A DNA stretch of 64,000 nt from a virus (taxonomy: Duplodnaviria; Caudoviricetes), in IMG/VR virus record IMGVR_UViG_3300032138_000006, positions 29,325-93,324 of that record. One strand, written 5' to 3'. The position numbers and the translations under genes are program-made. Of this stretch, positions 9,820-21,100 are shown piece by piece (position 1 is the stretch's first letter; each line of letters starts with the position of its first letter). A model generated the notes under the pieces. It was not told the DNA's origin and ran no database searches. It saw only the letters and a list, made by a program, of their open reading frames with translations.

Positions 9820-10334
9820 ATATTTTTGCTATTGAAAAAAACAAGCACGGCGGCATTGACTGGGTAATGTCTGCTCGTTCGCAGGATAACTACCGAGTTG
9901 TCAAGATGATACTGGAATCCTGTCAGATGTTGTCAACCGCCATCAATGAGCTATCAGGCACCACTGACGCCCCTTATCGCACCACCCACAAGCACCACCC
10001 GTCCACCAAATGGGTTATGCAGTCATCAGACAATTTTTGTATGCTGGTTGTACATTGTGCGGAGATGCTTGACGAGTATGAGCGTCGCTTTAATAAGGTG
10101 CACAAGTGTCGGGCTGTCCTCCACCGCATCCAAGAGTTGTTTGACCCGTCCCTGTTCCCGTCCAGCGAACCCACTCGCCTGCCGTTGGCTATGCCGCCAG
10201 AGTTTCACACAGATGACATTGTAGAGTCTTACCGTCGTTTCTATGCTAGCAAGCCTCGTATGCGATATCCCGCAGATAAGGTGCCAAGTTGGTTTGCCGA
10301 GTATCGCGGCGACAAAGAATATCAGGTGGTGTAA
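9816..10334 (+). CDS. Pyrimidine-dimer glycosylase (DenV-related) family protein
   Basis: MNIF...VVKMILESCQMLST..Y..TH.HHPS..W...PLAMP..SYR.FY pattern. Confidence 0.7.
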   Translation: MNIFAIEKNKHGGIDWVMSARSQDNYRVVKMILESCQMLSTAINELSGTTDAPYRTTHKHHPSTKWVMQSSDNFCMLVVHCAEMLDEYERRFNKVHKCRAVLHRIQELFDPSLFPSSEPTRLPLAMPPEFHTDDIVESYRRFYASKPRMRYPADKVPSWFAEYRGDKEYQVV

Positions 10335-10336
10335 GG

Positions 10337-11308
10337 ATGCCAAGAGTACTAATCATTGACGCCCTCAATATGTATTTCAGGGCATACATCGTAGACCCCA
10401 GCCTATCTACTAACGGTCAACCCATCGGCGGCACCAAGGGCTTTCTTAAGATCTTGCAGAAGCTAGTGCGAGAGACCAAGCCTGATCAGATTGTGATTGC
10501 ATGGGATGGAGCAGGCGGATCCCAGCGCCGCAAGAGCATAGATAAGAATTATAAAGAAGGGCGCAAGCCAATCCGCCTCAATCGCCAAATTCGCAACCTC
10601 TCTGAAAATGAGGAGGTGGAGAATAAGGTCTGGCAACAAACCCGCTTGGTAGAATACCTAAACTGTATGCCCGTATGCCAAGTGATGCTTCCAGCGATTG
10701 AAGCCGATGATGTTATTGCCTACGTTGTGGGTATGTCATCGCTCAAGGGCTGGCAGAAGGTCATTGTGTCAAGCGACAAAGACTTCTATCAGTTGTGCGA
10801 CGACGAGACTGTGTTACATAGACCAATCCAGAAGGCGACGCTGAACAAACTTCGCATCATAGAAGACCACGGGATCCACCCACTGAACTTTGCTCTTGCT
10901 CGCGCTGTTGCGGGAGATAAGAGTGACAACCTTAAAGGTGTTGGCGGTGTGGGATTGGCTACAATATCCAAACGGTTCCCGTTCTTGGCAGAAGAGAAGT
11001 CCTATACAATTGACGAGCTAGTTGATTATTGCGACGACTGTGAAAATAAATTAAAAGTACACCATAACATCCTCGACGGACGTGGTATAATAGAAAAGAA
11101 CTACAGATTGATGCAGCTTTACTCACCGAGTATCTCGCCTCAATCCAAGAAGATTATTAGGCACACGGTTGAGGAGGCGGCTCTGGAGTTTAATAAGACA
11201 GAGATGCTGAAGATGATGAACACAGACGGGTTTGGAGTGTTTGACTGGACAAGCCTGTTTCAGACGATGCGGCGAATTGTGGCTGCGGAGGTAGCGGATG
11301 GCGCGTAG
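10337..11308 (+). CDS. 5'-3' exonuclease / flap endonuclease (T4 RNase H, PolI N-domain-like)
   Basis: IDALN, WDG, YKEGR, EADDVI, SSDKDF, GDKSDNLKGVGGVG. Confidence 0.9.
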   Translation: MPRVLIIDALNMYFRAYIVDPSLSTNGQPIGGTKGFLKILQKLVRETKPDQIVIAWDGAGGSQRRKSIDKNYKEGRKPIRLNRQIRNLSENEEVENKVWQQTRLVEYLNCMPVCQVMLPAIEADDVIAYVVGMSSLKGWQKVIVSSDKDFYQLCDDETVLHRPIQKATLNKLRIIEDHGIHPLNFALARAVAGDKSDNLKGVGGVGLATISKRFPFLAEEKSYTIDELVDYCDDCENKLKVHHNILDGRGIIEKNYRLMQLYSPSISPQSKKIIRHTVEEAALEFNKTEMLKMMNTDGFGVFDWTSLFQTMRRIVAAEVADGA

Positions 11309-12665
11309 CGAAAACGCAGATTTTTCAAAGTTTGGCAAGGCATTTCAAGAGGGGTTGGCTCAGCTTATTATGGAGGACCGCCCCTTCGCAGATCAGATTC
11401 AGGAGGTCCTGTCAATAGACTTTTTTGAATTAAAATATTTGCAAGCCTTTACCAAAAAGGTTTTTGATTTTAAGGTCAAGTACGATGTGCACCCATCAAA
11501 GGATGCGATGCTATCAGTGCTCCGAGCGGAACTTGATGACGAAAACCCAGCTACCCAAAAACAAACCCGAGATTTCTTTGCAAGAATTTATAAATCTGAG
11601 ATCGAGGTCGGCGGAGAAAAATATATTAAAGAGACAGCCCTTGACTTTTGCAGAAAGCAAAAGCTCAAAGAGGCTATGATCAAATCAGTAGGGCTGCTAG
11701 AGGCGTCATCGTTTGATGAGATCAGTTCAGTGATCAACGAGGCTTTGAAGCTAGGCTCCAACACAGATTTTGGTTATGACTACATGGCTGATTTTGAAGA
11801 GCGGTTTTTGCTCAAGGCTCGCGACCCCATCAGCACAGGCTGGCAAATCATTGACGACCACTGCAAAGGTGGGTTGGGGATTGGAGAGCTTGGTGTAGTC
11901 ATCGCCCCGACCGGAGCAGGGAAGTCAATGGTCTTGGTACATCTTGGAGCCGAGGCTTTAAAACAGGGCAAGACTGTGGTACACTATACACTAGAGTTGG
12001 CGCCCACAGTCATTGCTAATCGGTATGATAGCTGCATAACGGGCATTCCACTCCCGCAGCTTTTTGGTTGCAAAGAAGGTATTTACGAGACGGTAAAAGA
12101 ATTGGACGGGCAATTAATAATTAAAGAGTATCCAACCAAGTCAGCTTCGCCGAATGTAATTCGTAATCATCTGGAAAGGTTGCAGCAACGGGACATCAAA
12201 CCGGATTTAATTATTGTGGATTATGCCGATTTGCTGCGCCCAAACGTAATAAGAAAAGAAAAAAGACACGAGTTGGAGACTATTTATGAAGACATCAGAG
12301 GTATAGCACAGGAGTTTAAATGCCCGTGTTATACCGCATCGCAAACCAACAGGTCTGGATTGAACGCAGAAGTAATTACCATGGAAGCCATCTCCGAAGC
12401 ATTCAATAAGTGCTTTGTGGCAGATTTTATTTTCTCCGTCTCCAGAACAGTTGAAGATAAAAATACAAATGGGGGCAGGGTCTTTCTAGCTAAGAATAGG
12501 AATGGTCCTGATGGAATTATCTACCCTATTTTTATGGATACGGCGAGAGTTAAAATAAAAGTGTTGCCACCAGATGGCACCACGATTGAGCAGGCTGTCG
12601 CACAGTCGACTGCCGAACAGGGAAAGCAGTTACGAGAGAAATACAAGGAATTTAGGAAGAAATAA
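11298..12665 (+). CDS. Replicative DnaB-family helicase (gp41-like)
   Basis: APTGAGKS, TLE, IVDYADLL, TASQTNR, KNRNG. Confidence 0.9.
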   Translation: MARSENADFSKFGKAFQEGLAQLIMEDRPFADQIQEVLSIDFFELKYLQAFTKKVFDFKVKYDVHPSKDAMLSVLRAELDDENPATQKQTRDFFARIYKSEIEVGGEKYIKETALDFCRKQKLKEAMIKSVGLLEASSFDEISSVINEALKLGSNTDFGYDYMADFEERFLLKARDPISTGWQIIDDHCKGGLGIGELGVVIAPTGAGKSMVLVHLGAEALKQGKTVVHYTLELAPTVIANRYDSCITGIPLPQLFGCKEGIYETVKELDGQLIIKEYPTKSASPNVIRNHLERLQQRDIKPDLIIVDYADLLRPNVIRKEKRHELETIYEDIRGIAQEFKCPCYTASQTNRSGLNAEVITMEAISEAFNKCFVADFIFSVSRTVEDKNTNGGRVFLAKNRNGPDGIIYPIFMDTARVKIKVLPPDGTTIEQAVAQSTAEQGKQLREKYKEFRKK

Positions 12666-12666
12666 A

Positions 12667-15102
12667 ATGACACTGGATACAGCCCGAGAGAGAACTTTAA
12701 AATATTTTGACGGAGATGAGCTAGCAGCTAATGTCTTTCTAACAAAATACGCCCTTAAGAACAAGATGGGGGAAGTGCAAGAGCAAACTCCAGACGTGAT
12801 GCATGACCGTTTGGCAAAACAGTTTGCAAGGATGGAAGAAAAATTTGGTGGCAACCGCCAGTTGTCGTATGAGGAAATTCGTAAATCGTTTGACGGCTTC
12901 AAGTGCATCGTTCCACAGGGATCAGTAATGTTTGGCTGTGGCAATGATTATGTTCACGCATCGCTTTCCAACTGCGTCGTGGTATCTTCTCCGGAAGACA
13001 ATATGTCATCTATCGTCGAGACCGGCAAAGACCTAGCAAACCTCTTTAAGCGCCGCTGTGGCGTCGGCGTTGATATCTCAGAACTACGCCCAGAAAACAC
13101 ACCAGTTAATAATTCTGCTGGCACCACCACAGGAGCTTGGTCGTTCGCAGATTTTTATTCTTATGTGTGCCGGATGGTTGGGCAAAATGGTCGCCGCGGA
13201 GCACTGATGATTTCAATGGACGTTAGACATCCAGATATCGAACAGTTTGTGACGATGAAGCATGACTTATCAAAGGTCACCGGAGCAAACGTTTCAGTAA
13301 AACTGAGTGATGATTTCATGCATGCGGTTGATTCTAATGCAGACTTTCTTTTGCGCTACCCGGTTGATTCTGAACCAGACGAGGCGGTTAACTTTACGAA
13401 GACCATCCGCGCTCGTGACTTGTGGGAAAAGATTGTCGAGAGCGCCACCAAGACAGCCGAACCGGGATTGTTGATGTGGGACAATATTAAAAAGAACCTT
13501 CCAGCCGAGTGTTATGCTGATGTTGGATTTCAGACCATCTCCACTAACCCCTGTGCAGAGATCCCCCTGTCATCTCACGATAGCTGTCGTCTGATTTCCA
13601 TTAATTTAAAAAACTTTGTCAAGAAGCCATTCACCAAGGGCGCATATTTTGATTATGAAGATTTTGGCAAGAATGTTACTATGGCAATGCGCCTGTCTGA
13701 TGACTTGGTTGAATTGGAAGCAGAGCAACTGGCAAAGATAATTAAAATTGCCGATACCAAGGACGAAAAGAAGCTTTGGACAAAGCTGCGCAAAGCCTGC
13801 CTTGAGGGTCGCCGTACAGGTCTGGGCACGCACGGCTTGGCTGATGCTGTTGCTCGCTTGTGCATGCGTTATGATTCTGATGAAAGTGTCGTCGAGATTG
13901 ACAAGATTTATGGTACTCTAAGAGACAAAGCCTATGAAGAGAGTGCGCGCTTAGCCCAAGAAAGGGGTTCTTTTCCAGTGTTTGATTGGGAAAAAGAAAA
14001 GAATAATGCCTTTATCCGCCGCCTGCCAAAGCGTATCCAAAAAATGATCGCTGAGGCTGGTCGACGCAATATCTCTATTTTGACAAACGCCCCGACGGGC
14101 AGCGTATCGATCTTGTCACAAACCAGTTCCGGCTTAGAGCCGGTGTTCCGCAATTCGTATGTGCGACGTCGCAAGCTGAACCACAACGAGCAAGGCATTG
14201 AACCAGACTTTGTTGACGACTTGGGGGATCGCTGGGTGGAGTATAAAGTTTTTCACCACAACGTCGAAGAATGGACCAAACATCATTCTGGCGCCGGTAC
14301 TGAATTGCCTGATTTCTTTGTAGAAAGCGACCAAATCGATTGGACACGTCGAGTTAAAATTCAGGCGGCAATTCAAAAGAATATTGATCATGCGATTAGT
14401 TCCACGATCAACCTTCCGGAAAATACTTCTCCTGATGTTGTTGCCGATCTTTATATGAGAGGCTGGAAAGAGGGGCTCAAAGGCATTACTGTATACGTTG
14501 ATGGCAGTCGTACCGGCGTACTGGTCACTGGCAAAGAGGACACGTCTGACACGTTCCCTCAAAACGGTGCGCCACATAGACCCGAGGTTGTTGATTGCGA
14601 CATTCACCACACCACAATCAAGGGCGAAAAGTGGACTGTCCTCGTTGGTATTTATGAGGGTCGACCCTATGAGGTGCTCGGGGGGTTGTCTAATTTAATT
14701 GAAATTCCGAAGCGGCACACCGAGGGTCGTTTAACAAAGCACAGGTTTAAGACAAGGACCAACCGATATGACTTGACATTTGGTGTAGATGATGATACGA
14801 CAGTGGTAAGAGACATCGTTCGCGTATTTGATAATCCAAACGAGTCTGCGTTTACACGAATGATTTCTCTTGCCTTGAGGCATGGTGCCCCACCGCGCCT
14901 TTTGGTGGAACAACTACAAAAAGATAAGGACAGTGATATGTTTAGCTTTGCTAGATGCGTTGCTAGAATTCTTAAGAATTATATCCAAGACGGAGAGCCT
15001 GCCGGGGACAGGGATTGTCCTGAGTGCAGCGCAGAAGATGGGCTGGTCTACCAAGATGGTTGCGTGGCTTGCCGTCAGTGTGGTTATGCAAAATGTGGAT
15101 AA
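12667..15102 (+). CDS. nrdJ: Class II (B12-dependent) ribonucleotide reductase
   Basis: SNC, GQNGRRGALM, TNPCAEI, APTGS, KGITVYVDGSR, C-terminal CPEC..C..C..CG. No R2 gene nearby. Confidence 0.9.
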   Translation: MTLDTARERTLKYFDGDELAANVFLTKYALKNKMGEVQEQTPDVMHDRLAKQFARMEEKFGGNRQLSYEEIRKSFDGFKCIVPQGSVMFGCGNDYVHASLSNCVVVSSPEDNMSSIVETGKDLANLFKRRCGVGVDISELRPENTPVNNSAGTTTGAWSFADFYSYVCRMVGQNGRRGALMISMDVRHPDIEQFVTMKHDLSKVTGANVSVKLSDDFMHAVDSNADFLLRYPVDSEPDEAVNFTKTIRARDLWEKIVESATKTAEPGLLMWDNIKKNLPAECYADVGFQTISTNPCAEIPLSSHDSCRLISINLKNFVKKPFTKGAYFDYEDFGKNVTMAMRLSDDLVELEAEQLAKIIKIADTKDEKKLWTKLRKACLEGRRTGLGTHGLADAVARLCMRYDSDESVVEIDKIYGTLRDKAYEESARLAQERGSFPVFDWEKEKNNAFIRRLPKRIQKMIAEAGRRNISILTNAPTGSVSILSQTSSGLEPVFRNSYVRRRKLNHNEQGIEPDFVDDLGDRWVEYKVFHHNVEEWTKHHSGAGTELPDFFVESDQIDWTRRVKIQAAIQKNIDHAISSTINLPENTSPDVVADLYMRGWKEGLKGITVYVDGSRTGVLVTGKEDTSDTFPQNGAPHRPEVVDCDIHHTTIKGEKWTVLVGIYEGRPYEVLGGLSNLIEIPKRHTEGRLTKHRFKTRTNRYDLTFGVDDDTTVVRDIVRVFDNPNESAFTRMISLALRHGAPPRLLVEQLQKDKDSDMFSFARCVARILKNYIQDGEPAGDRDCPECSAEDGLVYQDGCVACRQCGYAKCG

Positions 15103-15108
15103 AAACAC

Positions 15109-15137
15109 TTGACAAATAAACAAATAAGGCTTATACT
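15109..15137 (+). promoter_or_regulatory. Sigma70-type promoter
   Basis: TTGACA-17-TATACT. Confidence 0.8.
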
Positions 15138-15167
15138 AGTCTTATAACTTTCAAAAGGAGTGACTTA

Positions 15168-15425
15168 ATGTCTAATAACAATAACGAGTATCAGGAAAAG
15201 GAAAATCGCATTACAAACTATATTAAGTCTTTGTCGACTATCGAAGATGCCATGGAACCCTACAAGGAACAGAAGCGAGCCTTGAAGGGAAACTATGTCG
15301 AGAACGGATGGCTTTCAAAAGAGGAAATCAGTATGGCTGTCAAGGCATACCGCATGGTCAAGGATGACACGGATGTTGATCAGTTGTTGGACTTCTACTC
15401 ACATGTGCAGAAGACTTGCAAATGA
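15168..15425 (+). CDS. Small helical DNA-binding protein (T4 DsbA/GapR-like)
   Basis: 85 aa; size and helical pattern resemble DsbA/GapR; strong RBS. Confidence 0.45.
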   Translation: MSNNNNEYQEKENRITNYIKSLSTIEDAMEPYKEQKRALKGNYVENGWLSKEEISMAVKAYRMVKDDTDVDQLLDFYSHVQKTCK

Positions 15426-15706
15426 TTATTAAACCCCAAAATAGGCACTTGTTGGTGGAAGTTCTGGAATCCGATCAGGGCGATAAGCCGACAATTCTGG
15501 TACCAGAAGACTACACTGTAAGGGCTGCGAACGAATATCAGTTGGTTCGTATATTGGCAACAGCGCCTGATTCGTCTCTTTTTGAGGTGGGTCAGTGCGC
15601 TGTTGTTGAGGGTCATATGATTAAGAGCGTCGGCGTGGGCTCTTCCCCGCACCAACTAGTATTGGAAAACTACGTTCTTGCGCTAGTGGAAGATGAGGCA
15701 GTATAA
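15422..15706 (+). CDS. groES: Co-chaperonin GroES-like
   Basis: IKPQNRHLLVE..ILVP..VGQ.AV..LVLENYVLALV. Confidence 0.7.
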   Translation: MIIKPQNRHLLVEVLESDQGDKPTILVPEDYTVRAANEYQLVRILATAPDSSLFEVGQCAVVEGHMIKSVGVGSSPHQLVLENYVLALVEDEAV

Positions 15707-16595
15707 TGAAATTGTCGTTGGGCATAGCCTAGCGGCGGTCGCATATGCGTACCTTAATGCCGCGCCTCTTATAATTAATAAGCAAGGTGCGTCGCCATTT
15801 TTATTTGATTTCTTTGAACAGGGGTTCGATTTAGCTCCGTTCTTGACTCCACCCGTCACCTATGATATGGTTTCTAATGTCGGTATAAAAACCGTTGGAG
15901 CGTCGAAGTCAGATTTGTGGGAGAAGATTGTTTTTTCATTAGCTGTCTCTGGTCGTCTGCCTGTTTCTGATAAAGCAAAATCGATAAGAGTGGATGCAGA
16001 AACTAAATCGCTGGTAGTTATTATCGGGGGATCGGCAGTGAAATATGGCTACCAAAAATTGCGCATATTTAATAGTGACGTCATACAGGGGCTCAATCTA
16101 GCTGAACCGCCAGAATCTGAAACGGTCAGAGTATTCGACTGGTTTAACGTTCGAACGGGCTGTTGTCACGAATATGATCACTTGCGCAGCGATGATGACT
16201 TAGTGAGTGAAATATATTTTTATCCATCCCCGAGAGCAGGAACAAAAAACCACAATATTAAAGATTTGGTTGCGGTTTCTTTTTTGAGCGCGGATCAATT
16301 AAACGATGTTGAATATTCAGATGTCGCTGCGCGATTTAAGATTTTAAATATGATGAAGACTGCTGGCATTCGGGGCGCCAGAAACGGGCGCGACCAAAAA
16401 AAGCCAGAAAGATATAAGTATTACGCTGTGAGGATTGAAGCAACCGAGCGTCAGGTCGAGCAGATCAAAACAGGCAGTTATTCGAGCCGATGTGGTGTGA
16501 TTTTCGATCATCGCAACGAAGAAGAAGTTATATTAGAACACCCATTCAATGAAAATCATAGTTATAAAACTCTCCACCAGCTAATTAGGGGGTAA
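15693..16595 (+). CDS. Hypothetical protein with degenerate FAD-Rossmann N-terminus
   Basis: YNEIVVGHSLAAVAYAY. Confidence 0.5.
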   Translation: MRQYNEIVVGHSLAAVAYAYLNAAPLIINKQGASPFLFDFFEQGFDLAPFLTPPVTYDMVSNVGIKTVGASKSDLWEKIVFSLAVSGRLPVSDKAKSIRVDAETKSLVVIIGGSAVKYGYQKLRIFNSDVIQGLNLAEPPESETVRVFDWFNVRTGCCHEYDHLRSDDDLVSEIYFYPSPRAGTKNHNIKDLVAVSFLSADQLNDVEYSDVAARFKILNMMKTAGIRGARNGRDQKKPERYKYYAVRIEATERQVEQIKTGSYSSRCGVIFDHRNEEEVILEHPFNENHSYKTLHQLIRG

Positions 16596-16623
16596 GGTGC
16601 AGGAAGCACAGGAGGATAATACT

Positions 16624-16998
16624 ATGAGTGGCATCGGAGGAGTGTCGGGCGCAGGAGGCGCATCAGCGGCTGGAGGAGCAGGAGCCGCCGCAGGAGCAGG
16701 AGCAGGGGCAGGAGCCGCTGCTGCTGGTGGAGTATCGCATGCGGGAGGGGTTGAATCTGCTGGCTCTACCGAAGGGGGTACCGGCGAGGCGTTAAAGCCG
16801 TTGGACTCTGGAGAACATGTTGCACCACCGGGTGAGCCGAATGGAAACATGAATACGATGAACTTTATCGAACTTCATAATACTTCGGTCACACAGGTGA
16901 ACGAGGTGCAGGAAAGCGGAGAGATTGATTGGAAGAAGCTGATCGAAATGATGATAGCAATTAAACTATTACAAGAGATGGGTAAAAGTCAACAGTGA
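16624..16998 (+). CDS. Gly/Ala-rich small protein
   Basis: GGAGG RBS; GCAGGA microrepeats; amphipathic C-terminal helix. Confidence 0.6.
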   Translation: MSGIGGVSGAGGASAAGGAGAAAGAGAGAGAAAAGGVSHAGGVESAGSTEGGTGEALKPLDSGEHVAPPGEPNGNMNTMNFIELHNTSVTQVNEVQESGEIDWKKLIEMMIAIKLLQEMGKSQQ

Positions 16999-17210
16999 AA
17001 GTGACAGAAATCAAAAATATTCCATTTTTAAATTTGATACCAGAAGAGCACCGCCGCTGGGTTGCACAAGAGATAGAGTTTGAAGAGCCAGAGCCGGAAG
17101 AAGAGTACGGAGAACTGCCCGCCATTCAGGACGGCGAACTTATATTATATGATCGTTGTGGCAGAATTAAAAAGTTAAAAAAAATGTCTCGTCTTATAAA
17201 TATAATTTGA
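16995..17210 (+). CDS. Hypothetical protein
   Basis: 71 aa; GTGA overlap with the upstream stop. Confidence 0.5.
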   Translation: MKVTEIKNIPFLNLIPEEHRRWVAQEIEFEEPEPEEEYGELPAIQDGELILYDRCGRIKKLKKMSRLINII

Positions 17211-17235
17211 CTTTCGTGTTTTAGTCTGTTATTAT
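17207..17235 (+). promoter_or_regulatory. Sigma70-type promoter, likely leaderless transcript
   Basis: TTGACT-17-TATTAT with extended TG; ATG at 17242. Confidence 0.65.
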
Positions 17236-17241
17236 ACTCTT

Positions 17242-18147
17242 ATGTCCTTACACAAAAGCTCAATCAGCGAAAAGACGTTTCATTTGGCTGGCATCGTTCC
17301 AGTTGCAGGTCAGCCGCTAGATTTTGAGTTCCCTTGGCACGATTCTTTAATGCCAATCGCGCCAAACTATTTGGCAATAGAGAGAGCCGTGGTTGAATGT
17401 GCATGGGCTGGTTGCGAAACGATTTGGATTGTGTGCAATGACGATATGCAGCCGCTCATTCGCCACCGCCTCGGAGATTATATTTACGATCCTGTGACCA
17501 TGGGCAGGAACTACGGCATCAAACCAACTGACGAAAGAAAGCCAATAACAATTTACTACACACCAATACACCCAAAAGACCGACAAAAGAGAGACTGCTT
17601 GGCTTGGAGCGTATTGTATGGTGCTCAGGTTGCTTTTGATACGTCTAAGCAAATAAGTCGTTGGGTTGCGCCAGATAGATACTATGTTGCTTTCCCGTAT
17701 GGAGTTTACGAGCCCGAGATATTAAGAGAGTACCGTAAAGAAATCTCTAGTCGCCGCGATTTTTGTCTGGCTCATAAGGACAAGACCGTGAGAGATGGTG
17801 AATATTTGGGATTTACTTTCGAGGCAGACGCCCACAAAGAATTTGTAAAAGTGGTTCGTTCCGGTACAGGAGATAAAGTACCGGGTCGACATCGCCCCGG
17901 CGAAATCCCCACTGAAAGGCTACCTTTGCATAAAAAATGGTCAGCGAGGTTTTTTTCTCTTGACAAAGTTTTTGAATCTGTTATGGTAGAGAAGGCTGTT
18001 ACAGCGGAAGTCAAATGGTATCACAAAATCGATAGCTGGAAACTGTTTTGTGATTATGCCGCTAGCGGCAATTCATTAACGCGACCGGCAAAATGTATAC
18101 TCTCTTATAGAGAGTGGAACCCAATAGGAGTTGATAATAATGAGTGA
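17242..18147 (+). CDS. Sugar-phosphate nucleotidyltransferase-fold protein (divergent)
   Basis: AGIVPVAG..LMPI..IE..V....AGCETIWIV; GxGTR motif absent. Confidence 0.6.
   Translation: MSLHKSSISEKTFHLAGIVPVAGQPLDFEFPWHDSLMPIAPNYLAIERAVVECAWAGCETIWIVCNDDMQPLIRHRLGDYIYDPVTMGRNYGIKPTDERKPITIYYTPIHPKDRQKRDCLAWSVLYGAQVAFDTSKQISRWVAPDRYYVAFPYGVYEPEILREYRKEISSRRDFCLAHKDKTVRDGEYLGFTFEADAHKEFVKVVRSGTGDKVPGRHRPGEIPTERLPLHKKWSARFFSLDKVFESVMVEKAVTAEVKWYHKIDSWKLFCDYAASGNSLTRPAKCILSYREWNPIGVDNNE
17960..17987 (+). promoter_or_regulatory. Possible internal promoter for dnaE
   Basis: TTGACA-16-TATGGT with extended TG. Confidence 0.45.
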
Positions 18148-21100
18148 AAGAACCGTATCTAATATCCCTTTTGTAGGGCTTCATGCCCATAGTGGATTGT
18201 CGTTGTTTGATGGTCTGGGATACCCACAAGATCATATGGATTTTGCATATCAGAACGGCAGCGACGCGCTAGCCTTGACTGATCACGGGCATATGAATGG
18301 ACTATCATACCAAGTTCTTCATGCAAAAAAAATGAAAGCCGCGGGAAAAGAATTTAAGCCAATCTTTGGAGTGGAAGCATACTTCCTTCCATCTGTGCCC
18401 AAGTGGAAAGCTGCATATGAAGAGTCTAAAGAAGCTAAAAAGAAGCAGAAGAAAAGCGGTCTTGTCATCGAGGATGAGAACGCGAGCAAGAGTGCCAAGA
18501 GCCTTTTGAATAAAAGGAACCATCTTATTTTGTTGGCAATGGACCAAACAGGTTTGAACAACATATTTAAGCTCATATCGGAGAGCTATGATGGTACAAA
18601 CTTTTATCGGTATCCTCGCGTTGATTATGATATGCTCGCTGCTCACAGTGAGGGTGTTATTGCCACGTCTGCTTGCCTTGGCGGTGTGTATGCTGGGAAT
18701 TATTGGGATAATAAAGATGATGGTCCTGATGCTATCATGGATGCAATGAGGCTGACCACTGAGAAGATGCAAAACATCTTTGGAGATCGGTGGTATGGAG
18801 AGCTTCAATGGAATAACATCCCAGAACAACACGAGCTAAATAAATATATTATTCAGGTAGCCACAGAATCCGGCGTGGAATTGGTTTCCACAGCCGACAG
18901 TCATTATCCAACGCCGGAAGCTTGGCGAGATCGAGAACTATACAAGCGTTTAGGCTGGCTCGGTAAAGGGGGCATGCCCAGTTGGATGAGCACAGAGCTT
19001 CCAGATGGCGTTGAGGAAATTGGCTACGAACTGTATCCCAAAAATGGGGATGAGATGTGGGAGTCATATAAAAGTTATTCTGCGATGGCGGGTCAGGAAT
19101 ATGATGATGATCTCGTGAGAGCGTCTATTACTCGCACCCATGACATTGCCCACAATCGTATTGAGTGCTTCATGCCAGACGACACAGTTCGTCTACCAGA
19201 CTTTGTTGTACCAGAAGGGAAGACTGCGGAAAAGGCATTGAGGGAGTTTTGCGTCACCGGTCTCCGCGAGTATATGAAAGCGGATGACCCCAAACTACCG
19301 GAGTATATTGAACGACTCAAGTACGAGTTGGATGTCATTGAAGATCGTGGTTTCACAAAATACTTTTTGACAATGAAGACCATCGCAGACAAGGCTCTGG
19401 AGAGGCAGCTTGTAGGAGCCGGTCGCGGCTCCGCTGCTGGGTCGCTAGTGTCCTTCTTGATTGGTATCACGCAGGTCGATCCACTTAAATATAACCTACT
19501 CTTTGAGAGGTTTATGCGGAAGGACCAAACCGACTATCCTGATATCGATTATGATGTTTCGGATCCTATGGATCTTAAGGAGCAGCTTATCGGGGAGTGG
19601 GGCGACGGCACGGTTGTGCCAATCTCAAACTTCAATACCTTGAAGCTTCGCTCTCTGATCAAAGATATTGCAAAGCTATACGAGGTGCCGTTCACAGAGG
19701 TTAATCCAGTGACGGCGCGAATGATTAACGAAGCCACGCCAGAGGCGAAGAAGAAGCACGGTATTAAGGCTGGAGTTTATGTACCAACCTTTGATGAGGT
19801 GGTTGAGTTCTCGCCAACGCTTCAAGGGTTCTTTGATAAGTATCCAGACATCAAGACGCACATTGAAGCACTGCACGGGCAGGTACGCAGTGTGAGCCGC
19901 CATGCTGGAGGCGTTGTGGTAGGAGAGAATCTTGACAAGTGGATGCCGCTGATTAATAGCGGAGGTATTCGTCAAACCCCATGGTCAGAGGGTCAGAATG
20001 TCCGACACTTGGAGCCGCTAGGGTTTATTAAATTTGATATCCTTGGCTTGGCTTCTCTGCGAATGATGGAGGGAGCTATCAAACACATCCTCCGACGCCA
20101 CAAAGGTATCGCAGATCCAACCTTCGCACAGGTTAAAGAATATTACGATGAGTATCTTCATCCAGATAAAATAAATTTTGATGACCAAGCCATCTACGAG
20201 AAGATCTTTCACAAGGGCAAGTGGGCTGGCGTCTTTCAGTTTACAGAGAAAGGAGCCCAGACATTCTGTCAGAAAGCCAAGCCGACAAGCATCATTGATA
20301 TCTCGGCTATCACTTCCATCTTCCGTCCCGGTCCCTTGAGTGCCAACGTCCACGAATTATATGTGGAAGCGAAGAGTAATCCAGACGAGATTGATTATGG
20401 GCACGAGATCATCAGGGAAGTGACAGAGGAAACATATGGGTTCCTCATCTTCCAAGAGCAGATTGCCTTGCTAGCACATAGGCTAGGCAAGGACCTGACG
20501 CTGGACGAAGGAAACATGCTCCGCAAACTTCTAACCAAAAAAGGGACGGGCTCTACTGATGCCAAGAAAATTAAAATCTACAACAAATTCATCGAAGGTT
20601 GTACTGATAAAGGACTTTCAAAAAGCTTCGCCGAGGGGCTCTGGGAGAAGTTCGAATACTTCTCGGGATACGGTTTTAATAAGTCCCACGCTGTTAGCTA
20701 CAGCATTCTTAGTTATCAGTGCGCCCATCTTCTGTATCACTATCCTTCAGAGTGGATGGCAGCGTTTCTTGACAAGGAACCAGAAGCCAGAAAAGAAGCG
20801 GCAATCAATGTAGCCAAGTCACAGGGCTTTACAATTGCGCCGCTGAACGTTAACACATCTGGAACTGTGTGGGAAATCTCAGATGATGGCAGCACTCTAA
20901 TCCAGCCGCTAACTTCGGTCAAGGGCTTGGGCGACGCAGCCATTGAGCAGATCATTAGCCATCGCCCATTCAACACTATTGAGGAACTGTTGTTTAGTGA
21001 GGAGATTGTATATTCCAAATTAAATAAAAAAGCACTGGACGTTCTTGTGCGAGCGCAGGCTCTGAATGCGTTGGTTGATGATCGCTTCTCTGGGCTTAAG

